64,000 bases of DNA, taken from positions 47,616,001-47,680,000 of the forward strand of contig OZ024751.1 in NCBI GenBank assembly GCA_964016885.1. The letters are read 5' to 3'. The notes under the pieces are model-generated. The model saw only the letters and a list, made by a program, of their open reading frames with translations, was not told the DNA's origin and did no database searches. Source of the stretch: Eledone cirrhosa. Lineage: Eukaryota. Positions within the stretch are counted from its first letter, which is position 1. Every line of letters starts with the position of its first letter. The position numbers and the translations under genes were made by a program. Below are positions 1-13,590 of the stretch, one piece after another.

Positions 1-913
1 TCAGTAAATCATGCATACACATACATACTTACCCTTACACACATATATATATAAACACACACACACACGCATACACATATATACATATACATACACACAC
101 ACATATATATATATGCATATATATGTGTGTGTATATATATATATTCTTCCAATTATTCTACGAATTCCAGTACACTCGCGCTCCAAACAAGATATTCTAG
201 ATAACGTTTTATATATATATATATATATATATGGTGGCTGCCAACTCGTTTTCGAGTACGGCCACTACTTTATATCCATGTAGGAGAACCCCCTACCGAT
301 GCGCTGAACAAGTGTGACTTTTTAGTCCAGCCAGTGACTTGAAAACTCTGGTACAAACACTACACCTGTGACAATTATTGACACATAGTGCTGGGCCCAT
401 GGTACCATGTGACGACAAGTGCAGAGATATCTCCAGATATAAAGCAATGCCTGTGCCGTGAAGCTTTTATAGTGAGCAAAGGCACTGCAAGAAGGCAGTC
501 CCACTCTCTTAACCAAGATGATATTTACCAAAAAGAAGAACAAGTCAACATCATTGGATACCATCAGGGTTGCAGGTGTTATATCAGAGTTTTCCTTCTC
601 TTAGAATTCTGCCTTGATAAAGGCTAAGGGGTCATCTCTCCCGGATATATATATACACACATACATACATATATATATATACACACATACATACATATAC
701 ATATACATACACACATACATACATATATATACATATACACACATACATACATATATATATATATGCACACATACATACATATAAATATATATACACACAT
801 ACATACATATAAATATATATACACACATACATACATATAAATATATATACACACATACATACATATAAATATATATACACACATACATATATATATATAT
901 ACACACACATACA

Positions 914-949
<36 letters not shown>

Positions 950-1319
950 CAGTCCCTCAGTGAAATAAAAACCCAACCAGGAACTGGGCATATCAGAGTA
1001 CAGAGTATTGACAAACCGCAACAAAAATGGGGAAAATGAAAACCACACGTAAAAACACAAAACACACAAGCTACGAACTGTATAGAAATGGAAGAAAAAA
1101 TATTACAAATTAATATTAGATGTAGTTAAGTGACGAGGATATTCATTCTCTTACTCGAGTTAGAGTAATATATTCATTGTCTTAAAGGAGCCGTGTTTCT
1201 GTTTGATGAATATTTTCATTTCTAGTGTTTCAAACATAATTAGATGGAGAATTAATTTACAGAAGAAGAAAGCAATTATTGTTTTCGGTGTATGACATTA
1301 AATGTTGTTTTTATATATA

Positions 1320-1408
<89 letters not shown>

Positions 1409-1410
1409 TA

Positions 1411-1455
<45 letters not shown>

Positions 1456-1599
1456 TTACATACATATATTTTCACATATCTATATTATTCTGCCCCCTCT
1501 CTCTCTGTATCTGTCACTCTCTCTCTCTCTCCCTGTATTTCCTTCGGTTGCAACGTTTTTCGAAATATTTACTTCTGCGTTCACAGATTGATTTTTTTT

Positions 1600-1650
1600 A
1601 GTTTCAGAAGATCCCATTAAGGGTGAAAGCAACGATTCTTTGCTTAAACT
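1600..1650 (+). ncRNA. Type I hammerhead ribozyme-like motif, family B (variant core CAGAAGA)
   Basis: AGTTT-CAGAAGA-t CCC attaa GGG t-GAAA-GCA acgattctt TGC-TT-AAACT: stems I, II, III pair around an HHR core with U4->A; lies in a dispersed ~220-bp repeat (1531-1750). Confidence 0.6.
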
Positions 1651-1754
1651 TTAATCTGTTATTTTAATAAATATTTGCTATATATTTGATATATATTTAT
1701 CCTTATCGAGCCCTCTTTGGATTTTAGTCTTCAAATTTATTATTATTACTTTTA

Positions 1755-1787
<33 letters not shown>

Positions 1788-1959
1788 AAAAAATTCAGGA
1801 GCACGACGGCTAAGCTCCCGTTGTTTCAATATATTACCAATTCTACTACCCCAAGTATTGAGAACTCCGTTGAGTAATGGTCTAACTGGTTTTTACCGCC
1901 TCCACTCTGATATATATATATATATATATGTCTATATATTTATTAAAATAACAGATTAA

Positions 1960-2010
1960 AGTTTAAGCAAAGAATCGTTGCTTTCATCCTTAACAGAATC
2001 TTCTGAAACT
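1960..2010 (-). ncRNA. Family B HHR-like motif, inverted copy
   Basis: Reverse complement of 1600-1650 with a few substitutions; repeat spans about 1935-2093. Confidence 0.5.
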
Positions 2011-2091
2011 AAAAAAATCAATCTGTGAACGCAGAAGTAAATATTTCGGAAAACGTTGCAACCGAAGGAAAACAGGAAGACGATACTTTGG

Positions 2092-2156
<65 letters not shown>

Positions 2157-2639
2157 GAGCATTATCATTATTATTGATATTCGTATTATTATTATTGTTA
2201 TTTATGGTTTATTCATGGAAATATATCGAGCGATTTCTATTGAGAGTCCGTTAGATATTGGCGAACATGTATTGAATTATTTACGGCTCACAAAGTTGAT
2301 GTTCAAAGTTGAACGAAAGTCTGAAACGTGTAACTATCATTGCTACTAGTACTATTATTACTACTTATTGTTGCTGTTGTTGTTGTTATCATAACTGTTG
2401 TTGCTGTTGTTTTTGTTATCATAACTGTTGTTGCTGTTGTTGTTATTATCATAACTGTTGTTGTTGTTATTGTAACTCTTTGTTACTGATGTTGTTATTA
2501 TCATAATTGTTTTTGTTGTTATTATAACTGTTGCTGTTGTTGTTATCATAACTTGTTGCTATTATATAACTGTTGTAGTTACATAACTATTAACTGTTAT
2601 TAGTATTATTATTATTAGTATTATTATTTTTATTATTAT

Positions 2640-2671
<32 letters not shown>

Positions 2672-2994
2672 TGTATGTATTAATCGTTATGCACATTTGC
2701 ACAAACATGTTTACGTACAGGTAAGCACGTATGTGATCTGCTGTGAAATTCTGGTGCACAGAAGAAAGAAACAATAAAACCACGCATGTCTACACCAACA
2801 TGCAACAAGACGCTCTCACACATACTGCCGTGAGCATGTAATCACTCACATACATACACACTGACATACACAACATGGCCGTATTGATCTATGAAGGAAC
2901 TCAGACATACACTTACATATATATATATGCAGCACATACAATATACACACAATATATACAACACAGCAATATTAGTGAACAAAGGAGCCAAACT

Positions 2995-3042
<48 letters not shown>

Positions 3043-4140
3043 TGTGTGTGTGTGTGTGAGAGATAGAGGGGGATGGAAGATAGAGAATCAACCCCAGTAC
3101 TTGACTGGTACTCGAGAGGGTGAAAAGCAAATTTGACCTCGACTTAACTTGAACTCAGAACGCCGAGAGCAAATTTCAATTCTGACAGAGTTGATCACAG
3201 CCGATCCACTGAGAGAGAGAGGGGGGGGGGGGGTATGAGAGAAAGAGAGAGAGAGGGGGGGGTATGAGAGAAAGAGAAAGAGTGGGAAGGGGGTAAAACA
3301 ACCAATTTCGGTATTTTGATTAGTAATTTCTTTGTCGACTCCGAAATGAAGAAAGGCAAAGCTGACCTTGGCGGGATTTGAACTCCGGGAGCAGAGAGCT
3401 GGAACACATACCAAACAAAACATGTTTAATCAGACGCTCTACCGACTTCTTAGAATTTATAGAAGCCATTAGAAGATCAGCAACAAACAAACAAACCCTT
3501 TTGTCTCAGAACAGAAACAACCAAAATAGGAAGCCATTTTATTAAAATATACAACACATGATTCTATGACTTGCTGTTATTTTATTTTTAGTATATGTAA
3601 TGGTTGTTGTTATTGTTGCAGTTGTAGTTGTTGTTGTTGTTGTAGCTGTTGTTGTTGTAGTTGTTGTAGATCTGGTTGTTGTTGTTGTAGCTGTTATGGT
3701 TATTGTACATGTAGCTCTTGTAGTTGTTATGGTTGTTGTTGTTGTAGCTGTTGTTGTTGTTGTTGTTGTTGTTATAGCGATTGTTGATGTTGTTGTTGTT
3801 GTTGTTGTTAGCGTGGTTGTTGTTGTTGTAGCGTGGTTGTTGTAGCTGATATGGTTGTTGCTGTAGTTATGGTTGTTGTAGTTGTTGTAGCTGTAATGGT
3901 TATTGTAGTTGTTGTAGCTGTAATGGTTGTTATAGTTGTTGTTGTGGTGTTACAGTTATAGTTGTAGTTGTGGTGTTACAGTTATAGTTGTAGTTGTGGT
4001 GTTACAGTTGTTGTTCTTATTGTTGTTGCAGGTAATTCAGTATTTAATTAGACACCAGTTATATTTCCATTTTTCAAATATATTTTATTTACTTTTTGAT
4101 GTAAGAGATTTAAGTGAAACACTGACTACATATGCACTTG

Positions 4141-4205
<65 letters not shown>

Positions 4206-4235
4206 GCACATATATATATATATGCACTCGCGCAC

Positions 4236-4324
<89 letters not shown>

Positions 4325-4484
4325 GTCTGCGTGTGAATGTGTTTATGTATGTTTATATATATATATATATACATACATCCACACACCACGCATATATATG
4401 TGTGAGTGTATATATATATGTATATATATATAGATATATATCTGTGTATATGTATGTGTGCGCGCGTGTGTTCGTGTGTATATA

Positions 4485-4558
<74 letters not shown>

Positions 4559-4777
4559 TACATATATACATATATATTTATACATATATATACATATATA
4601 TATACCTATATATATATATATATATACATATATACATATATATACATATATACATATATATTTATATATACATATATAATTATATATATATATATATATT
4701 TATAATTATATACATATATATTTATACATATATACATATATATTTATACATATATACATATATATTTATATATATAT

Positions 4778-4816
<39 letters not shown>

Positions 4817-5140
4817 TACATATATATATACACACACACACACATATATATATATATGTGTGTGTGTGTGTGTCTGCACATGTGTGCGTGTGTGTACATT
4901 TATATGAATACAAATATGTTTATGTATAGTGTACACGATATATGCAATAATAAATGCGTTTAAGAATAGATCGACTTTCCCATGAATACCTACACAGACA
5001 TGCATGCAAATATATATATATATATATATGAATATAATATATATATATATATGTATATATATATAATATATATGTTTACATATGTATTTATACATTTGTG
5101 TATATATATCACAACAGAAACACAAACTCTCCATCTTAAT

Positions 5141-5184
5141 TTTACTTTTGAAAAGCATAAGAACTGTGAAACCGGTAAAGTAAA
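5141..5184 (+). ncRNA. Minimal type I HHR, family D (U3-A8 core)
   Basis: TTTACTT-TTGAAAA-gcat aagaa ctgt-GAAA-CCGG-TA-AAGTAAA: perfect 7-bp stem I, palindromic ACCGGT stem III. Confidence 0.65.
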
Positions 5185-5246
5185 TTAATAAATATTCTTA
5201 AAAGACTCCAATTCCATTTTCAATTTATTTTCCTTATACACACACA

Positions 5247-5384
<138 letters not shown>

Positions 5385-5552
5385 ATAGATGTATACACAT
5401 AAAACCACACATATAGTCCCACATAAAACAATACGAGCAGATTTAAATTAAAAAATATAATAAATTTAAGACTTAGTTAAAAAGATAACCACTTTATTGT
5501 TTGGATGAATAATCACGTTTGAAGACGATGTACATTTTCATATATATACATT

Positions 5553-5618
<66 letters not shown>

Positions 5619-5646
5619 TATATGTTTATATATGTATATATACATT

Positions 5647-5692
<46 letters not shown>

Positions 5693-6169
5693 TATATATG
5701 TATATATACATTTGCATATATGTATATATACATTTGTCTATATATATATATATATATGTGTGTGTATATATATATATATATGATAGAATAAAACACTTTA
5801 TAAGCTACAAACTGTACACACAATAGTATATGTAAATAGGGTTAGGAAGTGTGAGAGAGTGAGAGAAGAGGTTGAGAATCACAAGGATATACAAGATATG
5901 TGGTAATATGTAGGGTGAATGACATTGTGTCGTCTTATAATATGAAACTTATATAGAAGAAACTACAGCATCAACTAAGACAATAATAATTATTTCTACT
6001 TTCGGCACAAGGCCAGCAATTAAACCAGTACATTACTGCTACTTTATTTTATTGACCCGTATAATGTGAACAATTGGGATTTTAAATTTACATTTAAAAA
6101 AAAAAATATGAATAACTATACTTGGCGTATGTTAGGCATTTTTGATCATAAAAAAAATATACAGTACAT

Positions 6170-6356
6170 ATAATTGTTTCTACTTTTGGCACAAGGCCAG
6201 CAATTTTTCCAGTGTATTACTGGTACTTTATTTTATCGACTCCGTAAGGATGAAAGACAAAGTTAACCTCGGCGGGACTTGAATTCAGACCATAAAGGGT
6301 CGTAACTCTTTGCTGCAAAGCATGACGTCCGACCCTCTACCGATATTGCCAATCCA
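6170..6356 (-). mobile_element. tRNA-derived SINE, (ATT)n-tailed family
   Basis: Reverse complement of the consensus GGATTGGCAGTATCGG...GAGTTCAAATCCC...GCCTTTCATCCTTACGGGGTCGATAAAATAAAGTACCAG...GGCCTTGTGCC...AGAAACAATT; degraded relatives at about 3087-3450, 5990-6060, 6460-6690, 7000-7160. Confidence 0.8.
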
Positions 6357-7324
6357 GTATATATAATAAAAAATATAATAGAAAAAAATAATCTATAATA
6401 TCTTAAATGCAGTAGTGTTTGCAAGATGCGCGTTCATTCCTCCTACCCTATGAAAAGAATTGTTTCTAACATAGGTACAGGGCCTGATATGTGGGAAGGG
6501 CCCGAAAGGCAAAGCTAATCTCGACAGAGTCTGAAGTTGGAACAAATACTAGCAAGGATTTGTCCAACGCTCTATCGATTCTGCTAACTCATTGCCCTAT
6601 AATAATTGTTACTACTTTGGCACAAGGCTAGGAATTTGAAAGACGGGGAAATTCGATTAAATTTACCCCAGTTTGTTACTGGTACTACATGGTTAGTGCT
6701 AAAATAAAACTAAACAAAAACGTCGATTACATGAACTTGGGAATTTCTATATTACCGTCTTAAAAAAAAAAGAATTCACATACTAAAGAATATATTCCTA
6801 GATAGACTGTGGTCATGGATGGAACAATTTGGATTATATATTTGCTTGGTCAGCATTGACCTGTCGCTAAAGGGTGGTAACTCTGCGGTGGCGTCGAGTC
6901 GATAAAATAATTAGTAGAACGTTCTCAGTTCTATCGACTATATCTCTTCAACTTATCTCTATAAACTTATGACCTTTTCTCCAATATATGATATCGATTA
7001 CTGACTTAGACACAAGGTCACATATTTGTGGTAGTGTTATAATCGATTACATCGATCTCTGTATTTCATTGAGGTTTTCTCGACATCGGAAAGATTAATG
7101 GAAAATTTGGTGCTTGATGACACTTGGAGTCGTCACTTTGTCTGACACTCGACCGATTTTACCACCATTCTACCACCATCGCCATTTTGTAATATTTAAT
7201 AGCAATATCTAAGATAGGTACAATGCTACCGATTCTGTCAACAAACTGATATTTACCAATATATAATATCGATTACTGATATAGGAATACTACCGAAAAT
7301 TTAAGGGCTGAGGTATTGATAATT

Positions 7325-7620
7325 ACCACATGACAACTGTAAACTGTTCGTCGTCGACAACGACGTATGACCTATATTCATTACGACCAACAAGTGAATA
7401 TATATATATATATATATATATAAATATATACATACCATGTGACAACTATGAACTGTTAATAGGCGACAATGACACTAGACCTATCTTCATCATTACTATC
7501 AATAAGTGAAAGTATTTAACACGTTACAATTGTAGACTGTTCATCGTCGACAACGACGCAAGACCAGTCTACATTATTAATCAATAGATAAACATATTTA
7601 CCACACGACAACTGTGAACT
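7325..7620. repeat. Degenerate tandem repeat, 3-4 units of roughly 85-110 bp
   Basis: Recurring ACCACATGACAACTGTAAACTGTTC..GTCGACAACGAC..GACCTAT..CATTA motif. Confidence 0.6.
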
Positions 7621-7868
7621 AAATATAAATAGTATATTACAACAACAGCAAACAAGAAATAAAAATATTATATATATAACTCCTAACATACTTTATTATG
7701 GAGACATTTTGGAAAAAGTTTTATATGACACTTGAGCCGAACTTATTCGGATGTCTCCCACGAAAATTGCGTAAATTACAAGAATTATTTACAAGTAAGG
7801 ATATCATTTAGAAGAGAGAAGAAAATTTACTTCCGGTTGTTGTCAACTTATCATCGAGAATTTTTCTG

Positions 7869-7900
<32 letters not shown>

Positions 7901-8029
7901 TGTTGGCTGGTTCTTGGTCATTATTATTTCATCTTATATAGTATCTATGTATCTATATATCTACTTATTTCTTCCCAGACTGGTGTTCTCGTGTTTATAT
8001 ATATATATATATATATAAAATATAGAAAT

Positions 8030-8080
8030 GGCTTCTACAGGACTAGAACTGTTTCATTCGGGAGAAATCATCAGAAAGCC
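8030..8080 (-). ncRNA. Type I hammerhead ribozyme, family A
   Basis: Minus strand GGCTTT-CTGATGA-t TTC tccc GAA t-GAAA-CAG ttctagtc CTG-TA-GAAGCC: canonical core, 6-bp stem I, GUA cleavage triplet. Confidence 0.8.
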
Positions 8081-8137
8081 GACTGTCCAAGTTATATGGT
8101 GGTATTTATCCATTTTCTGGTGGTAGAAGAGGGTGGT

Positions 8138-8221
<84 letters not shown>

Positions 8222-8289
8222 GAAAGTTAGAGTTAATTACTCATACTGAAACCCTGTAATCAACAAGCTCAAAGTATAAATACTGAGCA

Positions 8290-8660
8290 TTAGTTACGTC
8301 CCTTTACGATCTGAGTTCAAATCCCGCCGAGGTTGACTTTGCCTTTCATCCTTACGGGGTCGATAAAATAAAGTACCAGTAATGTACTGGGTAATTGCTG
8401 GCCTTGTGCCTAAAGTAGAAACAATTATAATAATATATGTAGTGGATTGCATTATAATAATATATGCGGTGGATTGGCAGTATCGGTAGAGAGTCGGGCA
8501 CCATGCTTTGAAGCATAGAGTTACGTCCCTTTATGATCTGAGTTCAAATCCCGCCGAGGTTAACTTTGCCTTTCATCCTTACGGGGTCGATAAAATAAAG
8601 AACCAGTAATGTACTGGGTAATTGCTGGCCTTGTGCCTAAAATAGATACAATTATAATAA
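8290..8660 (+). mobile_element. Two head-to-tail SINE copies, first one 5'-truncated
   Basis: Match to SINE consensus incl. B-box-like GAGTTCAAATCCC and tail GGCCTTGTGCCTAAA.TAGA.ACAATTAT. Confidence 0.85.
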
Positions 8661-8892
8661 TATATGTAGTAAGACACACAGTAAATCGTGTGTCTAATAT
8701 TACGAGGGTTGAGGAACCACATTTGTTTGAAATATTTAACCATGAAGCAGACAGAATGATAAAATAAAATAAAATTATATTATGCAAACCGCCTCAATAA
8801 CAATTAAATCTTTTGACTTACGGCACACAAGATGATGAATTCATTTTTGTGTGTGAACGTTAGTACTAGGTGTTTGTGGCATTTAATTAGAT

Positions 8893-8974
8893 TCTGTCGC
8901 TGATGATGCCCGTGGATTATCTGTTACAAACACACTCAGGGCGAAACAGATTAATCCCTAATCTGTCCGAGAGA
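8893..8974 (+). ncRNA. Type I hammerhead ribozyme, family H
   Basis: TCTGTCG-CTGATGA-t GCCC...GGGC-GAAA-CAGATTA atccc TAATCTG-TC-CGAGAGA; GUC triplet at 8965-8967. Confidence 0.8.
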
Positions 8975-9207
8975 TTTAATTGTTATTGAGGTGGTTTGTA
9001 TAATTTAATTTAATTTTATTTTATCATTATGTCTGCTTCATGGTTAAATATTTCAAACAAATGTGGTTCCTTAACCCTCGTAATATTAGACACACGATTT
9101 ACTGTGTTTCTTACTACATATATTATATATATATATTCATATATATATGTATATATATGAATATATATATATATATGTACATATATGGATATATATATAT
9201 ATATATA

Positions 9208-9400
9208 TAACGAAGGAAATGTGGTAAGGAACCAGATGGACCATAACGCACCAAAGTACTCAATACTTAGGGTAGTAGAGTGGGTAATAGGAACGAGTAG
9301 GACCCCGACGGGTGAGCTCAAGCCGTTTCGACGGCTGAATTGTCCAGAATTAGCCGTCGAAACGGCTTAAGCTCAGCCGTCGGGGTCCTACCTACTCGTT

Positions 9401-9402
<2 letters not shown>
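9208..9402. mobile_element. Family C short repeat, fold-back containing the 3' half of an HHR
   Basis: GAAA-CGG cttaagctcag CCG-TC-GGGGTCC on both arms of a palindrome; same family at 17685-17815, 40658-40810, 43833-44027, 51545-51645, 56843-56996 and diverged at 1790-1910, always next to (TA)n. Confidence 0.65.
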
Positions 9403-9457
<55 letters not shown>

Positions 9458-9614
9458 TAGGTTTAATGTAGATGTTAAAGAGTCTTTCATCAACAAAGCA
9501 GTGATACATATCTCAATGATGGTCATGGCTACGGGATTGTTCAATCACGGAACCGGTTACGAGATATCATCAGACTGCATCTTTATGTTATACATACATG
9601 CACACATGCATACA

Positions 9615-9690
<76 letters not shown>

Positions 9691-9749
9691 AACATTTCTC
9701 TCTACATGGCTGAATACAATAAATGTAATCTGAGTTTTTCGAATATTAA

Positions 9750-9905
9750 TAATTGTTTCTACTTTTGGCACAAGACCATCAATTACCCCGTAAGGATGAA
9801 AGGCAAAGTTAACCTCGGCGGGATTTGAACTCAGACGGCAAAGGGACGTAACTATGCTGGAAAGCATGGCGTCCGACCCTCTACCGATACTGCCAATCCA
9901 CCGCA
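9750..9905 (-). mobile_element. SINE copy with internal deletion
   Basis: Reverse complement of SINE consensus. Confidence 0.8.
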
Positions 9906-10033
9906 TGCATGCCAACACAAGAGCAAGAATGAAGTGTTCATTCTACTGACAAGGCTATACAATTGAGGCTTGTTTGCATAATCGCAAACGAATCGAATGT
10001 TATTATTAATATTCGAAAAACTCAGATTACATT

Positions 10034-10166
<133 letters not shown>

Positions 10167-10309
10167 TAACAGATTAAAGTTTAAGCAAATAATCGTTGCT
10201 TTCACCCTCAACGGTATCTTTTGAAATTAACAAAGTCAATCTGTGAACGCAGAAATGAATATTTCAAAAAACGTTGCGACCGAAGAAGACAGGAAGACGG
10301 AACTTTGTT

Positions 10310-10360
10310 AGTTTCAGAAGATCCCGTTAAGGGTGAAAGCAGCAATTATTTGCTTAAACT
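10310..10360 (+). ncRNA. Family B HHR-like motif within an inverted pair (10160-10470)
   Basis: AGTTT-CAGAAGA-tCCCgttaaGGGt-GAAA-GCA..TGC-TT-AAACT; opposite-strand degraded copy at about 10179-10230. Confidence 0.6.
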
Positions 10361-10470
10361 TTAATCTGTTATTTTAATAAATATTTGTTCTACGGTCCTT
10401 AAATATTTGATATATATTTATCCTTATCGAGCCCTCTTTGGATTTTAGTCTTCAAATATATTATTATTAC

Positions 10471-10535
<65 letters not shown>

Positions 10536-10851
10536 AGATAAGCAGAACAAGTAAAATTCAACCAATTTTTCAAAATAAATCAAAATTAATTTAAAATTAA
10601 AATTAATCAAAATTAAAAAATATAATATAAATATTTACCTATTCAAATGGCCCTAGAGAACAAATCTGTCGTTCTATCTAGCTGCTATTTTTTTAGTGGC
10701 GACTATAGACAACAAGTCTGTGATTTCCCGCCTTCACTTCACACCGGCGTACATACGGGTCACTTTTACGACCTTTCAGGCCTGTGTTAGCTGGGGACGA
10801 GGTCATATATTTTATCGTTCCTGGGGTTTTTTAACCCTAGGAAAGGAAAAT

Positions 10852-10933
10852 GCTTCTCTGATGATCTTTGTTTTTCCATTAATATCCATGTGATATCTAA
10901 TGTTTTGCAAAGTGAAACTGTACAGTAAGGGCC
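10852..10933 (+). ncRNA. Type I hammerhead ribozyme, family F
   Basis: GCTTCT-CTGATGA-t CTTTG...CAAAG t-GAAA-CTGTACAG-TA-AGGGCC; palindromic ACTGTACAGT stem III; GUA triplet 10925-10927. Confidence 0.75.
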
Positions 10934-11273
10934 ATTTGAATAGGTAAATATTTATATTATATTTTTTTAATTTTGATTAATTTTAATTTTAAATTAATTT
11001 TGATTTATTTTGAAAAATTGGTTGAATTTTACTTGTTCTGCTTATCTTGATATTAAGTTCTGGTATATCAAATTATTACCATAGAACCACCTTGAATCAT
11101 AGACGACCTATGTATTTCTGGGGGTACCTTGTACCCTTAGATATATTAACTTTATATATATATATATATATATAAAGTAGAGTTGAGATGGAGGGTCTGT
11201 GGTTTTTCTCACATGTGAGAAAAACCACGGACACTCCATCGTGAGAAAAACCACAGACCCTCCATCTCAACTC

Positions 11274-11314
11274 TACTTTTGAAAAGCAGAAGAACTGCGA
11301 AACCGGTAAAGGAA
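11274..11314 (+). ncRNA. Family D minimal HHR
   Basis: TACTT-TTGAAAA-GCAG aagaa CTGC-GAAA-CCGG-TA-AAGG; further copies on the minus strand at 41812-41852 and 44979-45019. Confidence 0.65.
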
Positions 11315-11379
11315 CCAAATAAATATATATATATTTTTTAAAATAAGACTCCAGTTGCATTTTCGATTTCATATTTTAC

Positions 11380-11519
<140 letters not shown>

Positions 11520-11939
11520 TACATACATTTATATATGCATGCAATTATATATATATATATACATATAAATATGGACATATATAAGGATAGATGCACGTAT
11601 GAGAAAGCAATGGAAAGTATTCAGATTCTATTGTTTTACAAATTAGGGGAGAAATATATTCAATCTCTCAACAAATTTAATCGGAATGTAAATTAAGGAA
11701 ATCTGAAGTAAAAATCATTATTGGATATATACATACGTTTACAGACAGACTTTCTTTTTACACATAACATGACATATCTGCCCATGAATGTTTTACGCGT
11801 GCACTTATATGTCTGACGCCTTCACGAATCCTCTGGACTTCAAATAGTTGTATATATGTGTATATATTCATGTAAATCAACATTCGTACATACGCACGCA
11901 CAGACAGATATATACATACAAACACACACACTCACACAC

Positions 11940-11971
<32 letters not shown>

Positions 11972-12054
11972 TTGTACCGACATTCATACGTACACACACC
12001 CACCCACCCACAGAAACATACACGCACACAGATATGTATGTATGTATGTATATG

Positions 12055-12154
<100 letters not shown>

Positions 12155-13590
12155 AGTGTAACTTAGTGTTACTGCAGGTTCACCCGGGGGTGAGCACTCG
12201 ATGTTTAGTTTCACTTCTGTGTTGAGGTGTAGCTATACAGAGTGTAATATATATATATATATATATATATTATTATCTATAAAAGGCAAATTTTTGTGTC
12301 TGTATGTATGTTTCAATTTTATACATTTACACAATTCCAAAAATATTGAATGAATAATTAAGCAGAATGTTTACAAATATTCTAACTTGGGTCATGGGCG
12401 AACTTATTGGGTAAAAAATGCCACAATTACGGAAAAATCGTTTTATTTCAACAATAGATGATTTCTCCTCTCTCATATGATATACGTTTCCTATATCTAC
12501 TCCCTTCATCACCTCCCCTTAAAATTGCTACCTTCTCTTATAAGTGTTTGTGAAAAAGAGAAACATTGAAAAAAAACATATACACACATATATGTGGGTG
12601 CATACACACACATATATGTTGGTATGGTTACGATTGACGTCATAGAAACAGGAACGCGGGAATTTCAATCAATCAACGCATACACAGTTTGTTTTAGAAA
12701 TAACAATAGCATATAATGATAAAGAGGGATATAATGATAAAGAGGGAGTGAGAAACAAACAGACACACTAAAAGACGGATATATGTGTGTGTGTTTGTAT
12801 TAGCGCGTTCAAAATCCATTTCGAAGCTGACTTTCATTTACTAAACTGTAAGTTTTTCAATCGGCCTTACACTTTCAAACTATATTTTTCTGTATAAGTA
12901 ACTTTAACCCTTTATTTTCGACATAAAAATACACACATACATACAAATACCTGTAAATTTTTTTTGGGGGGCCTTTCTTATCAATCTTTTTACATTCAAT
13001 TATCAGCCTTATACTTTCAAAGTCAATTTTTATGTTGAAGTAACTTTCAACCTTTAATACATACATACATACATACATACAAACATACATACATACATAC
13101 ATACATATACACACATACATACATATACACACATACATACAAATACCTGTCACTTAATTTACACACACATCGGCCTTACACTTTCATACACACATACATA
13201 CATATACACACATACATACATATACACACATACATACAAATACCTGTCACTTAATTTACACACACATCGGCCTTACACTTTCAAACTAAATTTTTCTGTA
13301 GAAGTAACTTTTAGCCTTTCTTTTCGACATAAAAATACACACATACATACAAATACCTGTAAATTCTTTTTTGGGGTCTTTCTTATCAATCTTTTTACAT
13401 TCAATTATCAGCCTTATACTTTCAAAGTCAATTTTTATGTTGAAGTAACTTTCACCCTTTATTTTTCGATACCCATTTACTTACTAACATTTGTATCACA
13501 ACAACAATAACAATATTCATAAACAGACAGTAGACTTTCAAAGTCAATTTTTCTGTAGAAGTAACTTTCACCCTTTCTTTTGGACATAAA

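Noticed and set aside
231-645. GC-richer island that may be a LINE/SINE remnant
   Set aside because: No diagnostic protein or RNA motif recognised with confidence
7690-7850. Possible first exon or promoter (CCGGAAGT motif on the minus strand, GTAAG/GTATGT donor-like sites, short ATG frame)
   Set aside because: No recognisable peptide or partner exons; motifs are short enough to occur by chance
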